A DNA stretch of 64,000 bases from Nitrososphaerota archaeon (GCA_040290255.1 PSMU01000002.1:94045-158044); one strand, 5' to 3'; positions 54,956 through 64,000 are shown, numbered from the stretch's first letter. The notes: generated by a model not told the origin, from the letters alone. Made by a program: numbers and translations.

Positions 54956-56642
54956 AGGGCATCGCGGCAGCCTCGGACAGCATTTTAGACAGTCTTACGA
55001 CGGGCGGGGCCCTCAGATGTGCCCTAACTAACGTCTGCTCATCTCTTAGCAGCGTGCGGGTGGGCCCATCAGCCAAGATTCGGCCCTCGCTCATCACAAC
55101 GGTCCTGGGCGAGTACTTCGCCACGATTTCCATGTCGTGGGTTACGACCAAGATAGTCTTGCCGGATTCGTTTAATCTCTTCAAGAGCTCCATTATTTCA
55201 ATCTTCTGAGCCAAGTCCTGCCCCGTTGTAGGCTCGTCTACCAGCAGTATCTCGGGGTCCGTGGATAGGGCCGCGGCGAGGGCCAACCTCTTCCTTTCGC
55301 CTAGGCTGAGATTAAAGGTCGTTGCGCCCCAAGCATGTTCAAGATTCACGAGCCTCAGAAGCTCGCGAACCCTCTGAGCACGCTGCTCCTTATTCATCCC
55401 CAGCTTTTTCATTCCGAGCTCCAGCTCATCCTTAACGCTTAGCTTGAAGAGCTGCCGGTCGGGATGCTGAAAGACCAGCCCTACGAGCCGGCTTAACGTA
55501 GCAGGGCTCTCCTTCGATGTATCGATTCCCTTGACAAATACGCTTCCGCTCGTGGGCTTCAGAAGGCCGTTAAGATGCTTCAGCAGGGTGGTTTTCCCTG
55601 ATCCGTTTTGGCCCACGATGGCCAGGAATTCACCGGGCTGCACCGCGAGATTCACGTCCCTCAGCGCTACAATCCCGCCCTCGTAAACGTGCGTCAGGCC
55701 TTCGATGGATATGATCGGTCTAAGTTCGGATTTGGTATTCCCAAGTATGACATCCGCCGTTCTCCCCGGAGCGCTACGGATCCTCCCAGCCATCGCCTGA
55801 ATGAATGGTTGGGGCAGTTCCTCAGGGTCTAGGGCCATTAAATCCTCATCTAATATCTTCCTCCTGCGAAGCTCATGTAGGAGAGCGGGCAGCTGTGGCA
55901 GGTTGACGCCTGCTGTCTTCATGGCCTCCCATTTTTCAGGATCGTTGAGGAGGTCGAAGGGGCGTCCCTCCGCAACCAGCCTCCCGTTGTGCATCACAAC
56001 GAGCCTGTCTACCCACGGTAGGAACTCCTCTATCCGCTGTTCAACTATTACGAAAGTACTTTCCTTTTTGCCCATAATCTTCCTTAGTACGCGACTTACT
56101 AGTTCTCCCCCCAAGGGGTCAAGCGAGGATATCGGCTCATCCAGAACATAAATCTGCGGTGAGAGGGCTATGATCGAAGCTAGGGCACAGAGTTGCTGCT
56201 CTCCTCCTGATAGCGTGTGTGGGTTTCTCTCCTCGAATCCCGTGAGCCCCACAGTGGCTATCGCATCCCTCACCCTCCTCTCTATCTCATCCGGGGGAAA
56301 TCCAAAATTCTCCAACGCAAAAGCGATATCGTCAATGACGGTCGGCTGTAATAGTTGTCCTGTGTAGTCTTGAAGGACCATTCCCACTATCCGGGACAGG
56401 TCGGAGATTTCTTCATAACGAGGATCGTGGCCATCAATCTCTATGTTACCTTCCAAGTAACCTGGGAAGAAGTTAGGAATTAGGCCATTTAAGCAGAAGC
56501 AGAGAGTAGTCTTTCCCGCAGCCGTAGGGCCTGTGATGAGCACGGCCTCGCCCTTCTTGATTTCGAGGCTAATATGGTCCAATGCTGGCTTCTTGGATCC
56601 TGCGTAAGTCCACGTGAGGTCCTTGATCACGATCGCCGACAT
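54912..56642 (-). CDS. ecfA: Duplicated ECF/CbiO-type ABC ATPase (EcfA-EcfA' fusion)
   Basis: Two complete ABC domains. The first has GPTAAGKTTL, LSGGEQQ, and VLDEPISSLD. The second has GQNGSGKTTLL, LSLGERKRLALAAAL, and LLVDEPTTGQD. Confidence 0.85.
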   Translation of the reverse strand: MSAIVIKDLTWTYAGSKKPALDHISLEIKKGEAVLITGPTAAGKTTLCFCLNGLIPNFFPGYLEGNIEIDGHDPRYEEISDLSRIVGMVLQDYTGQLLQPTVIDDIAFALENFGFPPDEIERRVRDAIATVGLTGFEERNPHTLSGGEQQLCALASIIALSPQIYVLDEPISSLDPLGGELVSRVLRKIMGKKESTFVIVEQRIEEFLPWVDRLVVMHNGRLVAEGRPFDLLNDPEKWEAMKTAGVNLPQLPALLHELRRRKILDEDLMALDPEELPQPFIQAMAGRIRSAPGRTADVILGNTKSELRPIISIEGLTHVYEGGIVALRDVNLAVQPGEFLAIVGQNGSGKTTLLKHLNGLLKPTSGSVFVKGIDTSKESPATLSRLVGLVFQHPDRQLFKLSVKDELELGMKKLGMNKEQRAQRVRELLRLVNLEHAWGATTFNLSLGERKRLALAAALSTDPEILLVDEPTTGQDLAQKIEIMELLKRLNESGKTILVVTHDMEIVAKYSPRTVVMSEGRILADGPTRTLLRDEQTLVRAHLRAPPVVRLSKMLSEAAAMPCEAVTLEEMVGILG

Positions 56643-56678
56643 ATTTTTTGCCTTCGCCTATACCTTCATACCCGACGA

Positions 56679-58415
56679 CTAGTGTGTGAGTTCCTTGCTC
56701 AACTTACTCCTAAGAGCATTGGTAGCCTCAATGTCCACAGCCCCCTCCCTTATGACCACCCCATAGATTTCCCGGGCCTGTTCGGGCGTAATGTATTCAT
56801 TTTTGACATCCCAGAGTACGAGCTGGGGGTCTCTTTCGAGGGGGGATCCCCATCCCCCTCCTCCCCCGCTACGGAGACTCACTTTCTCTCCGCGAACCAG
56901 CCTTAACCCGCCCACCTTTCTCACCCACCTCGGTTGCTCGCCATGTTTGTAGATGACACAGATATTGGGTGTACCATTGTGCCCCCCGCCGACGCCCCAG
57001 GGGGGGAACTTGCTTCTGCCCACCGAGACCGTGAAAGTGGCTTCGCTGCACCGCACGACATAATCTTTAATGACACCAAAACCGCCCCGGAACTTTCCAT
57101 GTCCTGTACCTCCCTCTATGTTGAGGCAAAAACGTTCAACCAAAATCGGTGTTCTTCTTTCGTAAACTTCGTTGGAGGCGATGTAGGTTTCACCGTCTCC
57201 GCAAGCGACCAGGCCAGATTCACCATCCATATCATGGCCAGCGCCCCAGCCTCCTGGTTGGGGCTCAACGATGGCAAAGGGCTCCCCGGTTTCGTCGAAG
57301 CGACCAGCCAATATGGTAGCCAAGATGGAAAGGAAGTGACCGGCCGAAAGCTTCTCTGGGACGTGCGGGGCTAAGGCTTTCCAGACTAAGTCGGTGGCAT
57401 ACGACATAGCCTCCCAGAAGGTGGACGTGGGCGCTGGCCTGACCGGGTTGAAAACGCTCCCCTCCGGAGCGATGACCTTCAGCGGGCTGAAGAAGCCCGC
57501 ATTAGGATGCGCATGTGGATCCATCACGGCCATGTAAGTTTCACGCACCCCCGAGACGGTGGCAGGCAAAGGCGAGTTTATCGAGCCCTTCCCCTGCGGA
57601 GCACTACCTGTGAAATCCACTAGAAACTCATCGTCGGCAATCTTGACTCTCACCCTGACTGGAAGAGGACTATCTGTGACCCCATCGTCGTCGATGAGAT
57701 CCTCAGCCGTGAATTCGCCTCTGGGAAGCTCCCTTAATTTCAACTTTGCAAGTCTCCGGCCATCTTCCAATAGTCTGTCCATGCTTTCAAGCACCTGTTC
57801 GACGCCATACTTTTCGATCAGCTTCTGTAACCGCTGCTCGGCCACCTTCATCGAGGCCACCTGGGCTTCCATATCTCCCAGGGTAAATTCGGGCAACCTC
57901 GAGTTATGCCTGATAATATCGATGACATCCTTGTTGGGCTTTCCCTCTATGTAAAGTCGCACGTTAGGGAACTGCGTCCCTTCCTGAAAGATTTCGGTGG
58001 CATCGGAGGTCCAACTGCCGAAGCGCATCCCACCGACCTCAGACCAATGCCCTTTGTTTATGATCAGAGAGATCAACCTGTCCTTGCTGAAGACGGGGAG
58101 CACGAGCGTGACGTCGTTCAGATGTGTACCCGACCTGTAGGGAACGTTCAGCATGTAGACGTCGCCGGGCTTCATATCCCCACCCCATTTTTCGAGCACT
58201 TCTAGGGCCACAAAATCGAGCACGCCTGAAAAACCTGGGACTCCTGGAGTCTGCGCTACCAGATGGCCGCCCTTAGGATCCGTTATAGCCACCGCATAAT
58301 CGAGCACCTCATAAATCACCGGGCTCTTGGCCGTCCTGCCGAAGGCATAGAACATTTCCTCACAGGCCACGACCAGCCCGTTCTTGATGATCTCAAGTGT
58401 GAACGGGTCTACCAT
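56679..58415 (-). CDS. hyuB: Hydantoinase B/5-oxoprolinase/acetone-carboxylase-family subunit
   Basis: 578 aa. N-terminal MVDPFTLEIIKNGLVVACEEMFYAFGRTAKSPVIYEVLDYAVAITD is the HyuB signature. Confidence 0.85.
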   Translation of the reverse strand: MVDPFTLEIIKNGLVVACEEMFYAFGRTAKSPVIYEVLDYAVAITDPKGGHLVAQTPGVPGFSGVLDFVALEVLEKWGGDMKPGDVYMLNVPYRSGTHLNDVTLVLPVFSKDRLISLIINKGHWSEVGGMRFGSWTSDATEIFQEGTQFPNVRLYIEGKPNKDVIDIIRHNSRLPEFTLGDMEAQVASMKVAEQRLQKLIEKYGVEQVLESMDRLLEDGRRLAKLKLRELPRGEFTAEDLIDDDGVTDSPLPVRVRVKIADDEFLVDFTGSAPQGKGSINSPLPATVSGVRETYMAVMDPHAHPNAGFFSPLKVIAPEGSVFNPVRPAPTSTFWEAMSYATDLVWKALAPHVPEKLSAGHFLSILATILAGRFDETGEPFAIVEPQPGGWGAGHDMDGESGLVACGDGETYIASNEVYERRTPILVERFCLNIEGGTGHGKFRGGFGVIKDYVVRCSEATFTVSVGRSKFPPWGVGGGHNGTPNICVIYKHGEQPRWVRKVGGLRLVRGEKVSLRSGGGGGWGSPLERDPQLVLWDVKNEYITPEQAREIYGVVIREGAVDIEATNALRSKLSKELTH

Positions 58416-58418
58416 GCC

Positions 58419-60470
58419 CTACCCCCTCCTCATGATGATATTGCCATACCTATCAATGAGTGCCTTCTGGCCCTTCAGGACGATGATCGTGGAGGTTGGA
58501 TCCTCTATTATGGCTGGGCCCACCACAGGGGAGTTCGAGGGAAGCAGGGTCCGATCGTAAACGGGCCATTTGTTGTGCCTGCCGTCGAGATAGACCTCCC
58601 TCTCCTCCTTTAAGGCCTTTCCAGGTGACCCCCCCTCCAGCTTCAACTCGGTCGGTCGCGCCTTATCCAATCTGACGATGCCTGTTAAATGAAAGTTCAC
58701 AATTTCCACCGGGCTCCCCTCCAGCTTAAACGCGTATTTCCTTTCATGAGCCGCGTCGAACCTCGCAACCAGCTCCGCCACTTCTGATGGGCCGATTCGC
58801 CCCCCCATGACCTCCACCCTAACCGTGTGTTCCTGTCCAAGATATCTCATGTCCGCATACCTCGCGAAAACGACTCGAGCCGTATCCAAACCTTCCCGGG
58901 TTAGGAGGGAAATCATCTTGGCCTCCAACTCCCCATAGACCTCGTTAACCTTAGACAGGTTCGATTCAACATCTAGCCTTAGAGTATGCGTTAGGACTAG
59001 GTCGTGCCTAATGTCGGTAACGAGCATACCCCATGCCGAGAAGACCCCCGGAGGGATGCCCGGAATGACCACCGTGCCTATCTCCAGCTCTTCGGCAATG
59101 AATGGGGCAAACATGGGACCTGAACCCCCATACGCGATCAAGGCGAAGTCGCGGGGATCGTATCCCCTCTGCACGGAGACCAGCCTTATCGCGTAAGCCG
59201 CATTATCGTTGGCCAGTCTTATCACACCTTCCGAGAAGCCTTCTATCGAAGTGTTGAACTGTTCAGCAAATGGCTTTATGGCCTTTTCACTTAAACTCCT
59301 ATCTATCTTCAGGTAACCCCCGAGTAAATACTTAGGATTGAGGAGTCCTGTCAATACATAAGCGTCCGTTACGGTCGGGTCTTTGCCACCCTTCCCATAA
59401 CATGCTGGGCCAGGGTAAGCCCCGGCAGCCTTGGGACCGACCCGGATGTTGCCAATTGGATCGACCCAAACGATGCTGGTTCCGCCGTTACCGACCTCCA
59501 CCACCTCAACGGTAGGCACGAAGACCGGATATCCCGGCCTGAATTTATCCCTCCCCACGTAGTGTTCGGTGGTTACCGTGGGGGTGAGCTCCTGGACAAG
59601 GCTAGCTTTGGTCGTTGTACTACCCCCGTCCAAAGTGATTATGTTCCTTAGACCCAGCAACTCTGCTATAGCAATGGACCCGATAACCCCGGCGATCGGA
59701 CCCGACTCCATGGTGGTTATTGGATACTTTCCGGCAAAGTCAAAGGAAGCCGTCCCGCCACCAGAAAGCATGGCCAGCGAGGTGCCTGTGAAGCCCCGTG
59801 CCTCAAATTCTTTCTTTAGCTTTTCCAGATATCCAGTCATCTTAGGTCTAACATAAGCATTGAGCACGGCAGTCGCGGTTCTCTCGTACTCCCTCCACTC
59901 CCTAGTAACCTCGCTCCCAAGGGTCACTGGTATGCCTGGGGCCGCTCTGCTGACGATCAGGCCGGCCTCTTCCTCATGTTTGGGATTGACATAGGAATTA
60001 ATGAAACTTATCGCGATCGACTCCACACCTTCCCGTTTGAGTCTCTCCACGGCCTCCACTACGCTCTCAGGGCTCAGTGGCTCTAGCACTGTACCATCGC
60101 TGAGAATCCGCTCAGATACCTCAACTCTGAGATAGCGAGGCACAAGCGGGTCGGGCTTTCTATAGCGAAAATTGTAGATATCCCTCCTGTTGGAGCGTTG
60201 CAACTCCAGAACATCCCTGAAGCCCCTGGTTGTGAGCAACCCTACCTTAGCACCAGACCTCTCCACTATAGTATTTATCACCAACGTCTGTCCGTGGAGT
60301 ATCATGCGCACATCCCTTAAGTTTACAGCGCTTCTTTCGATGCAATCCACCACGCCCCGCGAGAAATCTTCAGGAGTTGTTTCGGTCTTTACCCAGAAGG
60401 TTGCACCCGATTCCGGGTCATAGGCGACCAGGTCCGTAAACGCCCCGCCGATATCAATCCCGATCCTCAT
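58419..60470 (-). CDS. hyuA: Hydantoinase A/5-oxoprolinase-family ATP-dependent subunit
   Basis: MRIGIDIGGAFTDLVAYD (ASKHA-type phosphate-1 motif of HyuA). 684 aa from the internal ATG, with the ORF-track N-terminal extension discarded. 3 nt after the stop of this gene, hyuB begins. Confidence 0.85.
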   Translation of the reverse strand: MRIGIDIGGAFTDLVAYDPESGATFWVKTETTPEDFSRGVVDCIERSAVNLRDVRMILHGQTLVINTIVERSGAKVGLLTTRGFRDVLELQRSNRRDIYNFRYRKPDPLVPRYLRVEVSERILSDGTVLEPLSPESVVEAVERLKREGVESIAISFINSYVNPKHEEEAGLIVSRAAPGIPVTLGSEVTREWREYERTATAVLNAYVRPKMTGYLEKLKKEFEARGFTGTSLAMLSGGGTASFDFAGKYPITTMESGPIAGVIGSIAIAELLGLRNIITLDGGSTTTKASLVQELTPTVTTEHYVGRDKFRPGYPVFVPTVEVVEVGNGGTSIVWVDPIGNIRVGPKAAGAYPGPACYGKGGKDPTVTDAYVLTGLLNPKYLLGGYLKIDRSLSEKAIKPFAEQFNTSIEGFSEGVIRLANDNAAYAIRLVSVQRGYDPRDFALIAYGGSGPMFAPFIAEELEIGTVVIPGIPPGVFSAWGMLVTDIRHDLVLTHTLRLDVESNLSKVNEVYGELEAKMISLLTREGLDTARVVFARYADMRYLGQEHTVRVEVMGGRIGPSEVAELVARFDAAHERKYAFKLEGSPVEIVNFHLTGIVRLDKARPTELKLEGGSPGKALKEEREVYLDGRHNKWPVYDRTLLPSNSPVVGPAIIEDPTSTIIVLKGQKALIDRYGNIIMRRG

Positions 60471-60499
60471 AATGAGAGCCGGCGGAGGAGCAAGGAATG

Positions 60500-60516
60500 G
60501 GCCTTTTAAATATTTC
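60500..60516 (-). promoter_or_regulatory. Putative TATA box for hyuA
   Basis: The minus strand reads GAAATATTTAAAAGG about 35-40 nt upstream of ATG 60470, in an AT-rich 185-nt spacer. Confidence 0.3.
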
Positions 60517-61051
60517 GAGCTACAGAAGTTAGTACTTGTCGCGGGTTCCATTAATAAGCTTCATTTAGTCGAATCTTGTTATACTCTCTATTCCCTTGAC
60601 CTAGTTCGCCTCAATTGAGTCGACTCGCCCCGCCTTTTGCACTTAACCCAGGGTCTACCGCAAGAGGCTCAAGAGAATCGTCATAATGACTCCAGCGGCT
60701 AGGAGCCGATATATGATGATAAGGCTCTGATGGACGCGCTTAAGCCCACTCATCTCACACATGTGAGCCCGTCCTCCACACCTGCAACCCTTTGTATATA
60801 GGGTCCTCCATTTCCCGACCCATCTTCTACACCGACATCCCCCCGAATCAGTATGGCCTGGGATCACCAGGCGACGGCTCGGCACACATAGGACATGTTA
60901 GGCTCGGTGAAATACCAGTTCATAATTCTTAACCCCTCTAGCCACTGTTGATCATCGCCGCAGGATGCGGCCCCTGGGCAGACCTGCGTAGGGTGGAAGC
61001 CGACGCGCCGCCGACAGGCTTTAAGAGGCGAGATCAGGGCGGCCGTAGTCC

Positions 61052-61560
61052 TTGCTGGGCAGAGCCTCCGGGGGCCTCACGCCCCTCTACGCCTCGATCT
61101 TCACCATCTCGCTGGGGCTGGGGGCCTACCTCTTCCTCCTATCCCTTTATGTCCAGCGGCTGGGTGGGACCTATCTGGACCTGGGCGTGGTGGGCGCGGT
61201 CAGGTCGCTGGCCTACGTGCTCCTACCCCTCGTGGCCGGCCTTCTGGCCGACCACCTGGGGGCCCTCCGCCTCTTCACCTTCAGCGTCCTGGTGAGCGGG
61301 GCGGCGGCCGGGGGCGCTCCCGCTGGCCTCATCGGTCACCCATGTGGTGCTGACCCAGCTGCTGACGGGCATAGGGTATGCCTTCCTCTGGCCCACCACG
61401 AGGCCCTGGTGATCTCCTCCTCCGCGGACCGGGAGAGGCTTCGGGCCCTAGGGAGATACAACATTTCGTGGGGGTCCGGCTTCCTCCTGGGCCCCCTCTT
61501 GGGCGGCTACCTCTGGGCGCCAGGCGTCCGGCGCATAGCCCAGGAGCCTGAACATCGGCG
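61052..61560 (+). pseudogene. MFS transporter 5' fragment with frameshifts
   Basis: MFS motif A AGLLADHLGALRLF, then frame-shifted continuations (VLTQLLTGIGYAFLWP; ISWGSGFLLGPLLGGYL). Only about 5-6 TM helices' worth of sequence remains before it collides with the acylase fragment. Confidence 0.45.
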
Positions 61561-61576
61561 GGAGCCTCCCCTCCCG

Positions 61577-61972
61577 CTACAGCTGCCCCATGGCGGCGTT
61601 GACGCCGGCGGCATAGCTCTCCAGCGCCTGGAAGGCCTCGGGGGCGTTCTGCCTGAGCCGCGCAGTAGTCGCTTCGGCCGACCTGTGAAGCCCTATGAGC
61701 CTCATATAGGCATCCGAGGGCACCGCCTCCCTTGCCAGCACCTCGGCCAGTTTACCTTCCGCCAGCCTTCTCTGCACGTCCATCTGCCAGAGCCGATAAT
61801 AACCGTGGAGGAACCCCACCGCGAAGAAGGCATCCGCCTCACTCGAGGCAAAGATATAGGGCACCAGGAAGCCGTCGAAGGCGATCGTGATGGGGGCACC
61901 TAGGCCCTTTAGCTTCAGCGGGTGGAGTCCGAGAGGTCGCCCCTGCCGGCCTCGCTCCAGAGCCCCGAGCAA
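61577..61972 (-). pseudogene. Penicillin-acylase-family (Ntn hydrolase S45) N-terminal fragment
   Basis: ITIAFDGFLVPYIFASSEADAFFAVGFLHGYYRLWQMDVQRR matches the alpha-subunit hallmark (...YAHAQDRLWQMD...). The ORF stops after 131 aa, whereas intact acylases are about 750-850 aa. Confidence 0.5.
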
Positions 61973-62132
61973 GGGTCTAGGAGGCTTGCGGAAGCGAGAG
62001 CTCGAAGGCCATCAGCAGGCCAATGAGCGCCGTGCAGGCGATGATGATAAGCGGCGCCGTCAGCCGACGAGCCGCCAAACCCCCTCAGGCGCCCTACATA
62101 TGTTAACAAGCCTGAGCGGACCTCCTTGTGGC

Positions 62133-64000
62133 TCAGCCGCGAGCGAGAGGGCCCACGCCCGAGGTGAGCAGGCTCCTGATATAATCGGGCGTCAGCGGCA
62201 TCCTGTCGATCAGGATGCCGAGGTGCGATAGCGCATCCTCCACGGCGTTCACGACGGCAGGCGTCGCGGCGATGGTGCCGGTCTCGCCTATGCCCTTCGC
62301 GCCCAGGGGGTTGGTGTCCGTCGGGGTCTGCGTGGTGTGCCACTCGAAGCTCGGCAGCATCTCCGCGGAAGGTATCAGGTAGTCCGAGAGCGTCGCGCTT
62401 AGCGGCTGACCCTGCTCGTCGTACATGAAGCCCTCAATGAGCGCCTGTCCCAGGCCCTGTGCGACGCCCCCATGCACCTGACCCTCGGCGATGAGGGGGT
62501 TGATGACCCTGCCCACGTCATCGACGGCCACGTACTTCAACAGCCTTATCTGGCCGGTCTCGGGGTCCACCTCCACGGCGCAGACATGCGTCCCGAACGG
62601 AAAGGTGAAGTTCTTGGGCGCGAAGGCGGCGTAGGCGAAGAGCGTGGGCTCCATGCCCTTGGGCAGGCGGCGCGGGTTGTATGCCAGCGCCGCCACCTCC
62701 TTGAAGCTTATGCTGCGTGAAGGATCCCCCTCAACGAAGATCTTGCCATCCCTAAAGACCATGCGGGCATCTTCCACGCCCAGCTTGTGGGCCGCGATCC
62801 TGGCCATCTTCTGCTTGATCTTTCTCGCCGCCAGCAGGAGGGCGCTCCCGCCCACCGGAAGCGAGCGGCTGCCGGCAGTGACCGTGCTCCAGGGCAGCAG
62901 GGAGGTATCGCCGTAATAGACGGCTATGTCCTCCATCGGTATGCCCAGCTCATCCGCGACCAACTGCTTGAAGGGCGTGACGTGCCCCTGTCCATGGGGG
63001 TTCGTCCCTAGGTGGACCACCACCTGGCCGCTCCTGAGCACGGCCAGCGCGGCGGTCTGGGGATAACTGGGCCCGAACCCGCAGATCTCCACATAGGTCG
63101 AGATGCCGATGCCGATGAGCCTCCCCTCGGCCCTGGCCCTGGCCTGCAGCTCCCTCAGCTGCTGATATCCTGAGGCTTCCAAGGCCCTCCTTAGGTTCGC
63201 CTCATAATCGCCGCTATCATAGGTGAAGCCGCCCGCGCTCTTATACGGGAACTTCTCCCTCGGCACGAAGTTCACGAGGCGAACCATGGCCGGGTCCAAC
63301 TTCAGCCTGAGCGCGATCGCGTTCATGGTCCTTTCGATCAGGTAGGTGGCCTCGGGCCTGCCCGCGCCCCTGTACGCGCCCTGGGGCACCTTGTTGGTGA
63401 AGACGGCATATGCCTCGCCGTAGAAGTTCTCGATGTCGTAGGCGCCCGGGCACATCCTCAGCGTAGTTTCGGGCAACAGCACGGAGTCCTCGAGCGCGTA
63501 GGCGCCGGCATCGGCGATGATCTTCACCCTTAGGCCCAAGATCCTGCCATCGGCCCTAACCGCCGCCTCCACGTACTGCTTTTGCCCCCTGCCATGGGAG
63601 CCGGCTATCAGGTTCTCCCTCCTGCTCTCCTCCCACTTCACGGGCCTGCCGAGCGTTATTGAGGCGAGCGCCACGGCCACCTCCTCGGGGCTGACGGTGA
63701 TCTTTGAGCCAAAGGCCCCTCCCACGTCCGGGGAGATGACGCGCACGCGGCTCTCATGCAGGCGCAGGATCCTGGCCAGCTCCTCCCTGGCCTCATGGGG
63801 GCTCTGAGTCGAGAGCCAGATGGTCAGCTGCCCCGAGCCCGCATCGTAGCTGGCCACCACGCCCCTGGGCTCCAAGGGCACGGGCGCCACCAGCTGGTTG
63901 ACCAGCTCCAGCTTTATAACATGGTCAGCTTCCCTGAAGGCCCCCTCAACATCGCCCTTCTCCAGCTTGACGTAGTAGCCTATATTATCGGGCAGCTCCT
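62133..64000 (-). CDS. Xanthine dehydrogenase-family molybdopterin-binding subunit (second copy; 5' end beyond window)
   Basis: The frame stays open to nt 64000: ...GDVEGAFREADHVIKLELVNQLVAPVPLEPRGVVASYD... Mo-binding-domain motifs RGAGRPEA, a GGGFG-like motif, and a C-terminal GIGETGT are present. Confidence 0.8.
   Translation of the reverse strand, partial: ELPDNIGYYVKLEKGDVEGAFREADHVIKLELVNQLVAPVPLEPRGVVASYDAGSGQLTIWLSTQSPHEAREELARILRLHESRVRVISPDVGGAFGSKITVSPEEVAVALASITLGRPVKWEESRRENLIAGSHGRGQKQYVEAAVRADGRILGLRVKIIADAGAYALEDSVLLPETTLRMCPGAYDIENFYGEAYAVFTNKVPQGAYRGAGRPEATYLIERTMNAIALRLKLDPAMVRLVNFVPREKFPYKSAGGFTYDSGDYEANLRRALEASGYQQLRELQARARAEGRLIGIGISTYVEICGFGPSYPQTAALAVLRSGQVVVHLGTNPHGQGHVTPFKQLVADELGIPMEDIAVYYGDTSLLPWSTVTAGSRSLPVGGSALLLAARKIKQKMARIAAHKLGVEDARMVFRDGKIFVEGDPSRSISFKEVAALAYNPRRLPKGMEPTLFAYAAFAPKNFTFPFGTHVCAVEVDPETGQIRLLKYVAVDDVGRVINPLIAEGQVHGGVAQGLGQALIEGFMYDEQGQPLSATLSDYLIPSAEMLPSFEWHTTQTPTDTNPLGAKGIGETGTIAATPAVVNAVEDALSHLGILIDRMPLTPDYIRSLLTSGVGPLARG

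Larger units (their letters stand above)
52850..60900. other. Lower-GC compositional island (ECF-type transporter plus hyuA/hyuB)
   Basis: Hand counts give about 47-52% GC in hyuA and 50-60% in the ecf genes, against 65-70% in flanking genes. Both boundaries coincide with gene fragments. Confidence 0.5.

Noticed and set aside
60551-60654. tRNA-like T-loop search (gtcgaatc at about 60578) and other spacers scanned for tRNA genes
   Set aside because: No GGTTCGAATCC-type T-arm preceded by an acceptor or anticodon structure was found anywhere in the window.

Overview
This 64-kb window is a dense, high-GC (about 63-68% by eye) archaeal chromosomal segment. The archaeal call rests on hallmark genes and on promoter layout.

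Hallmark genes:
- a Y-family Dpo4/Dbh polymerase;
- isopentenyl phosphate kinase;
- a long-form NfeD plus stomatin operon;
- a split three-domain glutamate synthase;
- PEP synthase;
- an Lrp/AsnC regulator.

Promoters are leaderless-style: AT-rich BRE/TATA boxes sit about 25-30 nt upstream of ATG, GTG or TTG starts.

Most genes are ordinary metabolism and transport:
- aminotransferases, an acyl-CoA ligase, gamma-glutamyltranspeptidase and an ALDH;
- M20 and M24 peptidases, IlvE, and NadE with a separate glutaminase;
- two ABC systems and an NRAMP;
- two orphan xanthine-dehydrogenase-family Mo subunits.

Features worth a second look:
- a roughly 8-kb lower-GC island (about 52.85-60.9 kb, roughly 47-52% GC against about 65% elsewhere) carrying an ECF-type transporter (EcfT plus a duplicated EcfA, with no canonical S component) and a hyuA/hyuB hydantoinase-oxoprolinase pair;
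- gene debris on both sides of the island: a P-type ATPase remnant on the left, and on the right an MFS transporter 5' fragment meeting a penicillin-acylase 5' fragment head-on, which looks like a deletion scar;
- a third decayed gene, a saccharopine-dehydrogenase-like N-terminal remnant, in the intergenic gap at 8.7-9.1 kb;
- a four-gene split glutamate-synthase-like cluster containing an extra, degenerate FMN-domain paralog with a Cys4 motif;
- a tightly packed minus-strand operon joining a secreted right-handed beta-helix/RDD-membrane fusion protein to IPK and an NTase-HTH protein;
- an AurF-like diiron-carboxylate protein;
- small zinc-finger/RHH and tail-anchored RHH proteins.

No rRNA, tRNA, CRISPR array, transposase or integrase was recognised. 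All functional calls come from motif-level reading of translations and cannot be confirmed without a database search.
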